Positions 37,374 through 50,790 of a DNA stretch of 64,000 nt are shown one piece after another (within the stretch, counting starts at the first letter, position 1; every line of letters begins with the position of its first letter). This stretch comes from Octopus sinensis (Eukaryota): contig NC_043000.1 of the NCBI RefSeq assembly GCF_006345805.1, forward strand, positions 132,246,001-132,310,000, given 5' to 3'. Below the pieces are notes generated by a model. That model saw nothing but the letters and a program-made list of their open reading frames with translations, had not been told where the DNA came from and did no database searches. The position numbers and the translations under genes were made by a program.

Positions 37374-37724
37374 ATAGAAATGGTAAGACAACAAAAGAAA
37401 GAAAGACCTCGAAATTATGTAAATGTAATATGTGACAATTATTCGGCAACCATGATAAAACTCCGAGTTTCGGATGTCGGGGTGGAAATCCACGTCGCCA
37501 TCTCTTCAGTTATCCGGCCATCGGAAAAAATGCATTTTTTGTTTAACGGTAATTTTCATAGCATTTTTTTGGAGATGCCGGCGTGGGTTTCCGCCTCGAC
37601 ATCCGAAACTCGGAGTTTTATCATAGCTACCGAATAATTGTCACGTATTATATTTACAGATAAGTTCCTCTATTTACGTAATATCGAGGTCTCTTTCATT
37701 CTTTTGTTGTCTTACCATTTCTAT
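37374..37724. mobile_element. Foldback MITE with ~130-bp imperfect TIRs
   Basis: atagaaatggtaagacaacaaaagaa...ccatctc is mirrored by gagatg...ttcttttgttgtcttaccatttctat; about 20-bp extra segment in the right arm. Confidence 0.85.
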
Positions 37725-38209
37725 CAATATATATATGACTCCAACGCCGAAACCACTAAGCCATGCACCTCCACAAATTTGATATGCCGTTAAAGAAAAG
37801 GAAGCCTGTCTGAAGACAAGAGGGGAACTGTAAACATGTGTTCGCGTCTAAATAGGGTTCATATTTTTCCTTAATGGCATATCAGTTTTGAAGATTATAG
37901 CAGTCTTGAGATTATCTTTCTTTATCATTTAGAATTGGTATCTGTTAGCACCAAGCAATTAATCTGAGCCCAGAAGCCGTGATAATTTCAATAAATGAAA
38001 AATTAAATTTGTATGATATTTGATATTCATTTATTAATCTCTATTCTTTCAAAATATACCATTGTTATCCTTACATTATTTTTCTACACTCATTTTTGTT
38101 CCATTCATTCATATAAATAAGAACGAAGATCCTAAAGTTTCCGCACACCAAAATATTATTATTCTCTACCATGGTATCGAGTACTCTTTTCTCTGACAGT
38201 CTGTGCGTG

Positions 38210-38253
<44 letters not shown>

Positions 38254-38279
38254 TATATATACGTGTGTGTGAAGTTATA

Positions 38280-38770
38280 TTTAACGCGTTCGAATATATT
38301 CAGACACGAGAAGAGCTTTCGCTGCGGAAATAGTCCCGGATGAAAATTCTTCGTATAGATAACATGTGTTAAAGCACATAGTGGGCTATGAATGATATCA
38401 CTGGATCGTAAAGGCATGCGTTTCTGCGTTCTTTTGTATCATCAGTTACGAGCACCAAATCTATCATTCACAGCCCGATAAGAACGAATTCATTATTATC
38501 AGAACAATATACAGTATGCGTGTAAAACTAGTCAAGCTAGAATTAAATAAATAATGTCGCACGAAGCAGCAATGAGTAAAATATATTCATACACAGTCAT
38601 ATTTAACCTGTTCGAGAACATTCGGAAATGAGAGCACCTACCATTGCAGAAATAGTTCCCGGGTGAAAATTTTCTCTTAGACAACATGTACGAAAATACA
38701 TTTAGAGCTTTAAATGAAATCACTGGATTGTAGGACGGTTGCGATTTTGCGTCCTTCCGCGTCTTTCGGT
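38280..38770. repeat. Diverged tandem duplication (about 38280-38440 and 38600-38770)
   Basis: Shared anchors ttaac..gttcga, gaaatagt(t)cccgg.tgaaaatt, aacatgt, tgaa/atatcactggat.gta. Confidence 0.65.
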
Positions 38771-39089
38771 CAACCAATCAGCAAGCTAAGTTTGTTAAAA
38801 TCCTTTCGCCTCAATTTTGACCCCATCAATGACATTCCGCCTCTACTCCAACTTAGCCATTTGATTGATAAACTAAACAATTAATCAGGCAATGGATTTG
38901 TTAATTAGTTAAATGTTAAATAAGTAACTAATAATAATGAAAGAAGTCAAATAGAACAAGTGTGTGTATTGTATTGAGAGAGAGAGAGAGAGATACAATA
39001 TATTTGTGTGTGTGTGTGTGTGTACATACACACACACACGTATATATATTTCATTCCGAGTAATTGCAATTATATAAGATTTAGAAGGC

Positions 39090-39475
39090 GGCGGGGGCGG
39101 GCGAAAGGTGTAGCCGTATTTCGTCTGCCGCTACGTTCTGAGTTCAAATTCTGCCGAGGTCAACTTTGCCTTCCATCCTTTCGGGGTCGATTAAATAAGT
39201 ACCAGTTACGCATTGGGGTCGATATAATCGACTTAATCCGTTTGTCTGTCCTTGCTTGTCCCCTCTGTGTGTAGCCCCTTGTGGGTAGTAAAGAAATAGG
39301 TATTTCATGTCTTTACGTTTTGAGTTCCAATTCTGCAGAGGTCGACTTTGCCTTTCATGCTTTCGAGGTCGATAAATTAAGTACCAGTTGCGTACTGGGT
39401 CGATCTAATCGACTGGCCTCCTCCCCCAAAATTTCGGGCCTTGTGGCTAGCGTAGAAAAGAATTATATCAGATTT
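39090..39475 (+). mobile_element. SINE family A nest: young copy followed by remainder of an old copy
   Basis: Young tail aaagaaata is joined directly to ggtatttc + body + old tail cccccaaaatttcgggccttgtg. Confidence 0.8.
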
Positions 39476-39760
39476 AGAATTTCTGGCAATTTGTATAACT
39501 TTTTAGTCATTTCGTCTTTAATTTTTACGTGATTCATATTTTCGTTTGTATTTCAAGAATTTTTGATTTCTGCCTTAATATTGAACCACAGATTCATTTG
39601 AAATAATTTAATACTGATTTGTTTTTAAAAAAGTAATTGTATCGCGAATTTGGTGAAAAGATTATAAGTGTGGATCGAAACCTCGACATGACTACACAAT
39701 CCAGAAGCTTACTTCAACCCGTTGTGTTTTTAAACTGTCTAGGGAATGAAGTGATCTTTT

Positions 39761-40163
39761 ATCTTTTACTTGTTTCAATCATTAGACTGCAGCCTTGCTG
39801 TGGTGCCGTATTGAAGCATTTTAGTCGAACGAATCAACCTCAATAACTTCTTTCTTTAAAGCCTGGTACATATTCTATCGGTTCTTTTACCGAAACGCTA
39901 AGCTACTGGGACGTAAACATACCAATACCGGTTGTCAAGCTGGTGATGGGGAACAAAGAGACACACATACACACACACACACACACACATATATATACGA
40001 TAGGCTTCTTTCAGTTTCCATCTACCAAATCCACTAAAAAGACTTTGGTCGCCCCGAGGCTATAGTGGAAGACACTTGCCTAAGATGCCACGCAGTGGGA
40101 CTGAAACCAGAACGATGCGGTTGGGAAGTAAACTTCTTACCACACAGCAACGCCTGCGCCTAT
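39761..40163 (-). mobile_element. SINE family B
   Basis: Full-length reverse copy. Confidence 0.85.
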
Positions 40164-40437
40164 GATCGATGACAGTTTCGGTAAATAGTGTTACCTGTAT
40201 CTCTTTATCATTTTTATTTTTGCTTTTTCTTTGTCACTGGACTGCGTGGAGTACTGCTGTAAAGTGTTTAGTCGATCAAATCGACCCTAGTACTTATCTT
40301 TTAAAAAGGTGACATTTATATCGGCGAATTTTATCGAACCGCTAGATTACGGAAACGTAATCAAACCAACACCTGTTGTCAAGCGGTGATGGACAAACAC
40401 ACACGACGATCTTCCAGGCAATTTCCGTCTACCATAA

Positions 40438-41072
40438 AGGCGGCGAGCAGGCAGAAACGTTAGCACACCGGGCGAATGCGTAGCCGTATTTCGTCTGCTG
40501 CTACGTTCTGAGTTCAAATTCCGCTGAGGTCGACTTTGCCTTTCATCCTTTCAGGGTCGATTAAATAAGTACCAGTTACGCACTGGGGTCGATATAATCG
40601 ACTTAATCCGTTTGTCTGTCCTTGTTTGTCCCCTCTGTGTTTAGCCCCTTGTGGGTAGTAAAGAAATAGGTATTTCGACTGTCTTAAGGCAGCGAGCTGG
40701 CAGAATCGTTAGCACGCCGGGTGAAATGCCTAGCGGTAGTTCGTCTGCCGCTACGTTCTGAGTTCAAATTCCGCACAGGTCGACTTTGCCTTTCATCCTT
40801 TCGGGGCCGATTAAATAAGTACCAGTTACGCACTGGGGTCGATATAATCGACTTAATCCGTTTGTCCCCTCTGTGTTTAGCCCCTTGTGGGCAGTAAAGA
40901 AATAGGTATTTCGTGTGTCTTTACGTTCGGAGTTAAAATTCAGTCGACGTCGACTTTGCCTTTCGTTCTTTCGGGGTCGATAAATTAGGTACAAGTTGTG
41001 TACTGAGTCGGTCTAATCGACTGACCCCCTTCCCCCAAATTTCAGGCCTTGTGCCTAGAGTAGAAAATAATT
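40438..41072 (+). mobile_element. SINE family A triple nest
   Basis: Two young copies and one old remainder; ~17-bp near-duplication ggtatttcg..gtctt at 40669-40685 and 40905-40921. Confidence 0.85.
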
Positions 41073-41402
41073 TCCTTCTACCAAGTCACTCACAGGGTAT
41101 TGGCAGTTCCGTGGCTATACTAGAAGGCGCTTGTCCACGGTGCTGCACTGTGGGACTGAACTCAAAACCGCGTGGTTGAAAAGCGAGCTTTTTAACCACT
41201 CAGCCGTGTATATATAAGTGTTGGATATCTATTTACAAATTAATTATTTCCAACATAAGTGCAAGGATAAAAATTTAGGTTGATGGAGCAGAGCTAGTCT
41301 ATTAAACACCACACTACTTGATCTCATCTACCACTGAAGAGTAAGAATGACTTGACCTGGTAGGGAATTGAACTCAGAACTTAAACATTTGGAACAAATA
41401 CC

Positions 41403-41635
41403 TATTTCTTTATTACCCACAAGGGGCTAAACATAGAGGGGACAAACAAGGACAGACATAGGTATTAAGTCGATTACATCGACCCCAGTGCGTAACTGGT
41501 ACTTAATTTATCGACCCCGAAAGGATGAAAGGCAAAGTCGACCTCGGCGGAATTTGAACTCACAACGTAACGGCAGACAAAATACCGCTAGGCATTTCGT
41601 CCGGCGTGCTAACGTTTCTGCCAGCTCACCGCCTT
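41403..41635 (-). mobile_element. Full-length young family A SINE inserted in an older family A copy
   Basis: TSD AATACC at 41397-41402 and 41636-41641 (GGTATT on the minus strand); flanks rejoin into an old family A head. Confidence 0.85.
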
Positions 41636-42543
41636 AATACCGCTAACCAATCCACTGTCCTGTCTATACACAAAATGATGATACCACCAGTTTGGTTTAT
41701 TTTCCCTTCAAATATTGATAATTTGTTTATCCAAATAGATTAAGCATCAGACCACCAGCTCATGGCTGGTGAGTTCATACAGTGCAAGCGTTTCTTCATC
41801 TCAGTGCGTTGTATACTTTGACATAGGTATATATCTGAGTTTAATATAGCTGTCGCAAACATCCTATTCGTACTAGCATCCTGTTCAGATGTATTTTCTT
41901 AAGCTGCTTAATTTTGTACCAACCGGAATTAAACTCAGATTCGATGAATACTAGAGGCTAAGAAAATTGATTAACATAACCAATCAGATACTGCTTAGTA
42001 AGATCAATGCAACACCTTCTACAATAATTAATGTATATGGCCGCTTTGTTAAGGTATGGAGATAGCTGAAACAGCAGAGTTTATAACTACCGTGTTTACT
42101 TGAATACAATGCAATTTCGAATATAATGAGATGTCCACATTTTGTACCTAAAAAATCAATAACAAATTTTATTCTCTTATCACTTTTTTTGCACTCGAGT
42201 ACAATGCTATCTCCAGTTTTGAATTATTAAATGTCTTGCATTATTCACGAGTAAACATGGTAATTATTTTACAGAATTTCATTTTGTCTCTTATGTTTTT
42301 GAGTTCATATCCGGTTATGACCAACACCGTCTTTGATTTCGTCGATGTTGATAAAATAAATGTACTTCTTTCGTTTCCACTGAAAAATGTCCTCTTGTTT
42401 TATGTTTACATGACCTTGTACTGATTCAAAAGAAATTATGTTTTGTGTTGGCAAATTGAGAGAGGATCCGGTTTCAGTTTATGCTTGAAGACATTTTTCG
42501 CTATCCATAAATGAAACAGAAGAAAATTGCCGATTCCCACCAT

Positions 42544-42577
<34 letters not shown>

Positions 42578-42778
42578 CTCTTTTACTTGTTTCAGTCATT
42601 TGACTGCGGCCATGCTGGAGCACCGCCTTTAGTCGAGCAAATCGACCCCGGGACTTAATCTTTGTAAGCCTAGTACTTATTCTATCAGTCTCTTTTGCCG
42701 AACCGCTAAGTGACGGGGACGTAAACACACCAGCACCGGTTGTCAAGCAATGCTAGGGGGACAAACACAGACACACAA

Positions 42779-42811
<33 letters not shown>

Positions 42812-42986
42812 CATATATACGACAGGCTTCTTTCAGTTTCCGTCTACCAAATCCACTCACAAGGCATTGGTCGGCCCGGGGCTATAGCAGAAGACACTTG
42901 CCCAAGATGCCACGCAGTGGGACTGAACCCGGAACCATGTGGTTGTTTAGCAAACTACTTACCACACAGCCACTCCTGCGCCTATA
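42578..42986 (-). mobile_element. SINE family B, near consensus
   Basis: Full-length reverse copy with CpGs intact. Confidence 0.9.
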
Positions 42987-43660
42987 TAGTTTTCATTTTT
43001 CTTAAAAAATTCCAAATAATAGATTTAAATATTTGCAACTATTCTTACTCAACTTCAGATACACCGTTCTCAAAATTAACTTTCTCCGGCTATCCATTTT
43101 GTGGCACTTCATCAGCATCATCGTCTACAACAACAATAACTATAATCCCTGAACATTACTGTCATGAGCCAGAAGACTCACACGACCAGATACTCAATTT
43201 CTGGGACGTATAAGCAACTGAAACCACAACATATTCCCCTAAACAAAACGTCAGTCCATTGCAGTATCACTAATAAACAGCAGAGTAGACTGGAGCGACG
43301 TGAAATGGAGAATTTTGCCCAAAAACACAACGCATCGTTCTGTGCAGGATTGAAACCACGTTTTTGCTATCGCGAGTGGAACACGTTAACTACTAGGCTG
43401 CTCGCTTTCACTACAATAACGCTTTATTTATCTATTTTTTTGCTTCATTTAGACCCGAAAACTTATGGCAGATGTATTTGAAAAAGTCTCCATATTTGTT
43501 AAGAGTTTCAACACTTTTTCATGACTCCTATATTTAAGTAAAATAATAGTTAAATAAAATATAACAAGTCTTTTATGTGTCTACATGAAGACTTACAATA
43601 ATATTATTACATTCTGGCAAAATCTTATTCCTTGGCTGTTACTATTTTTTTGTATAAATA

Positions 43661-43880
43661 AAGCGGCGAGCTGGCAGAATCGTTAGCGCGCCGGGCAAAA
43701 TGCTTAGCGGCATTTCGTCCGTCTTTACGTCCTGAGTTCGGAATTCCGCCGAAGTTGACTTTACTTTTCATTCCTTCGGGGTCGATAAAATAAGTACCAG
43801 TTGAGTACTGGGATCAATTTAATTGACTTACCCGCTTCCCTGAACTTGCCGGCCTTGTGCCAAAATTTGAGATCAATACT
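43661..43880 (+). mobile_element. SINE family A, uninterrupted old-tail copy
   Basis: Complete head, body and ggccttgtgccaaaatttga tail. Confidence 0.8.
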
Positions 43881-44829
43881 TTCTATATAAATACGGCATA
43901 GAGGCTGAAGCACCGGAAGTAAAAGGGGAGTTAGTGGATAATGCGCCGGACGTGGGCAGGCATGTGACATTAAGTGACGAAGCAAGGTGGGGAGCGGAAG
44001 AGGCATGACAGATTTTTAAGACAGGTAACCGGCCAGAACGGATATGTTGACGGAGTTCTTAGCTTCTGGTCAGCAGTTGAGGGCAGAGAGAGAGAGAGAG
44101 AGAGTCTCTGGGTCGTACAACTGCTAGTCGACTGCCTTCTTCGTCAATTGAAATCACTTGACCTCTCACATCTGGTGCATCATCTACTGTACTACTATAA
44201 AATGACATACCTTAACTATTATAAACTTTAACCATAGACGACGTTTGTGTAATCACAATGAAACCTAAATAGGTGAGCTACTACTTTTTAATCAATGAAC
44301 TCGTTGCTGACAGCGTATCCATAAATGGTTTGCACAGTTCACACAAACCATTTATCTACACCTAGTTTCTTAGTGATCATTAAACTACAGAGCGTAGTAT
44401 TTCCTAATAACTTTCTCCGTGTTCATTAATTCTATGTATAATGGTTGTTCTTTGCTAAGAACTTTTGTAATTGTCTTATTAGGACGAGGGCATCAGTGGT
44501 AGTCCGTTCTGTCGCAGACCCAAGTTGTATCTCGTCTGTGGTGTATGCGGGAGATTTGAAATAAAGACACCTATTTCTATTCGTCGACGCAGACCTCTCC
44601 GGTGGTAACGCACCCTTTCACGTGGCCCGACCCGAACGCCAAAAATAGCAGCTGCTTTTCCCCTACCTTGACAAAGCCCTCACGCGTCCAGCTCTGTCAG
44701 CTACCCCGATCGAAAAAGCCCAATGCTCCCCTGCCTGCGTGTGCGACACTCCTGCCCCTTCCTTTTCCGGTCAGCTCCCCAGCTGCTGACGTCATCCTAC
44801 ATCGTCTAAATTTTTTTTTTCAAACTATT

Positions 44830-45345
44830 TGTGTTATAACATTCTATGTTATCTTCACAACCTGGTCCTCTGTAGATGCTTCTTTCAAATGTATTTATCC
44901 TTGAAGAAGTTGATGATGATACTTTTATGCCAGCTATTAGAAATGGTCCCATCTCTATACTCCCTGATAGACTATGCATGTGACTAATCCTTGACTCGTT
45001 TCGCTGGATACTTCTTGTATCTCAGCAACTATCCCTGGTGGTCTAACTCCTTTCACAAGCTTCAGAGCATTCTTGACATTCCGACGACAGCCAATTTCAA
45101 CAGCAGGTTCATCTGTTGGATCTACTGTGGGTAGTCTCTCTCTCTCTCTCTCTCTCTACTGTATATTCTCCTCATTCAGCAAGCTCTCGTTGTAGCATCC
45201 CTTCAACTCCTCGGCGTTTGTGAGGGCGACTGTGCCGCTGATTTATACTGAAACACTGTTTGCAATACGGAATACCTTACATCTCTGATCCTCACATCAC
45301 AGAATAGTGATAAATCTCTTCTTTCACTGCTAATCATATTTGATG
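44830..45345 (-). mobile_element. Degenerate RTE-clade LINE fragment (EN-RT linker and RT start)
   Basis: Minus strand reads ..ESLLNEEN..LPTVDPTDEPAV..VKNALK..GIVAE..GTISNSWHKSIIINFFKDK, typical RTE motifs; many stops. Confidence 0.7.
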
Positions 45346-47640
45346 GTTAGCTTCTCTTCTTTTTCTTTTTTCGGGGTCAATAAAATAAAGTACTTATCGA
45401 GTGCCGTGATAGATGTAATCGACTAAATCGTCTCCCTACAACTGTTGGTCTTGCGCCAAAACTTGAAACCATTAATTGCCCCGCTTATAAACTTCCTATT
45501 ACTTGGATCATATGTAAACCGGCTAGACCAGTTCGCACATAAACGCCTTCTTCGCAGCTAATTCTATTGATAGTGTAATTTTGTCTATCCAAATAGTATT
45601 TTGTAAGATTTGGTAGTAAATATGTAGCAGAATGCTGTGTTTCATATGACACAATGTATCTTGATAACGTCATTCAAATAAGTTAGTGTCTTGTTACTAA
45701 AACTGGCCCGTCAAATGACTTTACTTTCAATCGTTTGTACTTTTGATACCACATTGTCAGTTACTGATCAATCAATGATTAGCCGCAAATTTTAGAATTT
45801 AGGTCTGGAGCTTAGTTTTGACTGACTAAAATGTATTAATAGCGGCCAAATACATCATCTAACCAGCGGGCATTTGTATTTGAAAACGACTCCAAGCTGC
45901 TTGTCCTCTTAGTTCACATCTATCACTTAATCTCTTTATTTATCAAACAACAACCTCATAAACCAGATGCAAATGAAACATGTCACTGACCAGGTCGCAA
46001 TTGGTGCGACGAAAATTTTGATGCCAAATAATAAATGTTTAAATGAAATTAACAGTCTTTGTGTGTTTTTGAACAGCTAATCTGTATCTTCGACCCTGCA
46101 ATCGTCTTTATAATTTTATTATTTTTTACTTCTCACACACTATGCAAAAGAACCTTTTTACACTTACACTTTGAAATTACATTTCAACATGGTATTTTTT
46201 TAAAACAATAACCTTTGAACTCTGTCCTTCGAAACATAATCATTTCTCAGTTGTTTGCAAAAACAATTTTCAATATGTTTCTGGTATTTGAACATATTTT
46301 CTTTGACTGAACTTTCTGAATGTGGTCGGATTATTATATAAACCTCCGCATTAATATTATTTTAATGATATTAACATGCTTGCATTAAATAAATTTTGGG
46401 ATTCATTTCCTTATAAGAGCTATTTTTCTTTCTTATCATCATCACCATCATCATCATTGTTGCTTTATGAGAGTAACTGCATTGGTATGTTGTTTTTACC
46501 CAACTTTCGAATAAACAACCCAATTAACCTAAGCGCGTTTGCCCACTCCTTCATTTCGTCATACATTTTATCGTTTTACTTGCTTTTTTAAAAAAATTCT
46601 TCCTAAAATATGATTTAAATCAACTTTATTGGATGAAATAATAAAAAAAAAACGTCGGCAGTTTGCACTTTGGTGAAGCCATTTAGTAATTTAGGCAAAC
46701 CATTCGTATCAGGGGTGGTTATGAAATATGAATATTTGTGTCAGTAAAATAGTATTCTAGACAGGATTAGCATTTAAGCTAGCATTGCAGAGGGATTAAT
46801 ATTCAGCATGGAAAAAAAGTCTATTAAAAGAATTTTAAGGACACAATGTGTTTGTGTACTTAAAACTCATTCAATGAAAATAAAGAAAAACAATACAAAC
46901 ACACACACACAGCATACACTCACCTAACAAACATATGTTGTTCATTTTTAAGTGCTCAATACTCTCCTAGAAGTGTAGATTTTGAAACAAGTTTGTTATA
47001 TGTAAGGTAAAAAAAACTACACAACTGATCTACAGTTTTGTTCATCGGTCATTTACTCTACACATCAATAAATTGAGAAGTGACGATTGATAACATGTGA
47101 ACAGTTTAAATGACATTCGGCGTGTTTTCAGATAATCATGTTGTTTCTGAGAACATTTGCTGTTCATCATTTACCAGGAGAGTCTGCTTTGAAGTTCATG
47201 AGTAGAAACCTAGGCTTATCCTAGCATGTTGGAATAAGTTCAGTTGTTTTGTTTAGAATTGGACTGGGGATATGAATGATAGGGAATTTCTCTGTAAGAC
47301 CAGTCACAGTAGACCAATGCATTACTGAACGTTGGTGCCTTGTCTTGCAATTCCCAAGTAACGTTCGTGGTTCTCCCCAATTTCTTTAAGACTGGGCTTT
47401 CTCTTCATGGACATATCAACTCTGATCTGTTGTTAATTCATGACAAAATTTAAATATCTTTTTTGAGTACTTCTCATATAACTGAGATGATGTTATTGCA
47501 ACACAAACATCTTACACAGCTGATTTAAAAAAGCCATGTGGCTGACTGGCAAGGGTTCATTCTCCATTATGTTACAACTACTTGCCCAGAGGCGCCCAAC
47601 CTCTTCCATCGCAGTTACAGTAGAATTATTGGTATAGAGA

Positions 47641-47856
47641 GGCGGCGAGCTGGCAGAAACGTTAACACGCCGGGCGAAGTGCTTAGCGTTACGTTGTGAG
47701 TTCAAATTCCGCCGAGGTCGACTTTGCCTTTCATCCTTTCGGGGTCGATAAACTAAGTAGCAGTTTCACACTGGGGTCGATGTAATCGACTTAATCCGTT
47801 TGTCTGTCCTTGTTTGTCCACTCTATGTTTGGCTCCTTGTGGGTAGTAAAGAAATA
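47641..47856 (+). mobile_element. Young family A SINE with TSD
   Basis: GGTATAGAGA duplicated at 47631-47640 and 47857-47866; internal deletion of about 20 bp. Confidence 0.9.
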
Positions 47857-48600
47857 GGTATAGAGAGGCATGCTGTCCGTGTTTTCGGTATCAATAGACG
47901 TTAATTTCTCTAATGCTCCTCTAAACTAAGTTTTTGCTTGTCCTTGTCCACCTACTTAGAACATCTTGTTTCTCTTTCATCATTCCATTTGTGTATCACT
48001 TTGCTGATCTCATACTAAACATTTTACTTAATCATCCTCAATTAGAGATGCAGCCTTCTATAATTCCTTTCGCAACCAGGTTGTATTTTCTTGCAGATGC
48101 AGACACTGAAAAATAGATGTCCACTGGCTTAGTAAGGCCTACAAAGGTCATCTTTCAAGTATGTTTTTAAAAAAATGGTATTTTATAAAGCTGTCGTAAC
48201 ATGTTTGCTTGGTTATGAAACATATGCCTTATCTAGTGCAATACCAAGACCAATTACAAATCAACTAATAGCATAATAAGATTAAAATATAAGTATTAAA
48301 ATGCATAAATATGTAAATGGAACAATGTTTCTTCCAAGTTGGTGCATGTTTTGCAATCAGCAATGCACAAAATAAATTAAAAGGCGCACTGGAAATTAAT
48401 GCTAAACTAAGAAGTTAATTGCCTAAAATAATTTAGTAATTAATAATATTTTATCAGTTATTATTTATATTACTTATACATTAGCGCGCACATATTTCTG
48501 CCAGATAAGCAAAAATCTGTACTCCATAAGATTTTTTGTGCACATTGACTACTAAAAAGTTAGAGAAACATCAGGAACTACATATATTTAGTCACATTTG

Positions 48601-48692
48601 TGGAGGCGCAATGGCCCAGTGGTTAGGGCAGCGGACTCGCGGTCGTGGGATCGCGGTTTCGATTCCCAGACCGGGCGTTGTGAGTGTTTATT
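48601..48692 (+). mobile_element. SINE family C head (tRNA-derived), 3'-truncated
   Basis: A box TGGCCCAGTGG, B box GGTTTCGATTCCC; same head as 57700-57788. Confidence 0.8.
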
Positions 48693-49359
48693 GAAACTAA
48701 TAGATTCGATCCTCATGTCTGTCTGTCTCCGACCGACCGGACTCTTTTACCGAACCGCTAACAACCCAACAGTAGTTGTCAATCGGAGTGGGACACGGGG
48801 ACACGCACGCACACACGTGCACACAAAGACGCACGCACGCACACACAACAGATTTCCACACAATTTCCGTCTTCCAGATTCACTGACAAGGTTGCCGCGT
48901 TGTGGAACTGAACTCGAAATCACTTGGTTGCAAAGCGAGCTTCTTAACCACACTGTCAAGGCTGCTCCCATCTATTTATTCATTATTTTATGCCACTAGG
49001 ACTAAATGATCCATCATTACTTTTATTTCATAAGACATTTAGCATCACATTATTACCATAATAAATACGTGAATCAAGTGATTCGGTGAATACTGTCGCA
49101 CATTACTAGTTTAATTGGTTTGCTAGACTGCTGTTATTTAGGCTCGAGTTAGTTCTGATTGAGCAGATCTGTCATGAATGGTATTCCATCCGTGACAATG
49201 TGACATTTTATATTCTTTATATACATATATGATAAGGTATGATATGAGTGAGATTTGACTGCTCTTTCTGGCAGAATGAGTGACTTCATATTGTACGTCC
49301 ATGTGATATTGCGGAAGATAAGTAGGTTAAGCTATCTAGTAAACGTTATTTTATATACA

Positions 49360-49421
<62 letters not shown>

Positions 49422-49429
49422 TATATAAA

Positions 49430-49640
49430 GGTGAGTTGGCAGAAACGTTAGCACGCCGGGGGAAATGCGTTGCTGTATTTCGTCTGCCGTTACGTTCTGA
49501 GTTCAAATTCCGCCGAGGTCGACTTTGCCTTTCATCCTTTCGGGGTCGATAAATTAAGTACCAGTTACGCACTGGGGTCGATGTAATCGTCTTAATCCGG
49601 TTGTCTGTCCTTGTTTGCCCCCTCTGTGGGTAGTAAAGAA

Positions 49641-49642
<2 letters not shown>
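49430..49642 (+). mobile_element. Young family A SINE in (AT)n
   Basis: Head, body and young tail, flanked by (AT)n on both sides. Confidence 0.85.
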
Positions 49643-49677
<35 letters not shown>

Positions 49678-50229
49678 AACATATAGAAGTTATCGTTCAC
49701 TAGCGAGTTAATTAGACACATATACATATGTATGTATGTATGGCTGTATGTAGTAGTAGTTGTAGTAGTAGTAGTAGCACATAAGTAGGTTAAGTGGCTC
49801 TTTAGATATGGCAGTGTACATATGACTATGAGATAATGTTTTTATTGACGGTACTTAAAATAAAATAACTACTGATATTAGCTCAATGTCTATGAAGATA
49901 TTATCTTAACACAAACTGTATGTCTTTATATATGATGTATTTATTATACGTTCTCGTGATAACAGTACGAATTACACAGATAATTACTTCTATAAATAAT
50001 GTCTGTTAATAATGTTATTAGTTAGTAATGTTATTAGTTTTCGGACCATTAACCTCATCTTGGAAATGTACAATAATAACGGACTGGGTTCGAACTAAGA
50101 ACCGTTATTAAAAGAAAAAAAGAAAAAGAAAAAAAAATCAAAAGTAGAAGTAGTAACATTTGCATTCACTATATCACTGACGTAGCAAATTTTAGTTTTA
50201 CTTAATTTAATGATGTTTAATTGGTAAAA

Positions 50230-50790
50230 GCAGGCGAAACGCTTAGCGGTTATTTCGTCTGCCGCTACGTTCTGAGTTCAAATTTCGCCAAGGTCAACTT
50301 TGCTTTTCATCCTTTCGGGGTCGATAAATTAAGAACCAGTTACGCACTGTGGTCGATATAATCAGCTTAATCCGTTTGTCTGTCCTTGTTTGTCCTCTCT
50401 GTGTGTAGCCCCTTGTGGGTAGAAAAGAAATAGGTTATTTCGTCTGCCGCTACGTTCTGAGTTCAAATTCCGCCGAGGTCGACTTTGCCTCTCATCCTTT
50501 CGGGGTCGATAAAATAAGTACCAGTTACGCACTGGGTCGATGTAATCCACTTAATCCGTTTGTCTGTCCTTGTTTGTCCTTTTCTGTGTTTAGCCCCTTG
50601 TGGGTAGTAAAGAAATAGGTTATTTCGTCTGCCGCTACGTTCTGAGTTCAAATTCCGCCGAGGTCGACTTTGCCTTTCATCGCTTCGGGGATCGATAAAT
50701 TAACCACCAGTTGCGTACTGGGGTCATCTAATCGACTGGCCTCCTCCCCCAAAATTTCGGGCCTTGTGCCTAGAGTAGAAAAGAATAATA
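50230..50790 (+). mobile_element. SINE family A array: two young units and one old remainder
   Basis: About 185-bp period; junctions aaagaaata|ggttatttcgtctgccgctacg. Confidence 0.88.

Noticed and set aside
48603-48680. tRNA-like sequence with A and B boxes
   Set aside because: No acceptor-stem pairing, and the same sequence is the head of the TSD-flanked SINE at 57495-57788.
50230-50790. Regularly spaced repeats suggesting a CRISPR-like array
   Set aside because: Units are ~185-bp SINE bodies with no unique spacers, in eukaryotic DNA.
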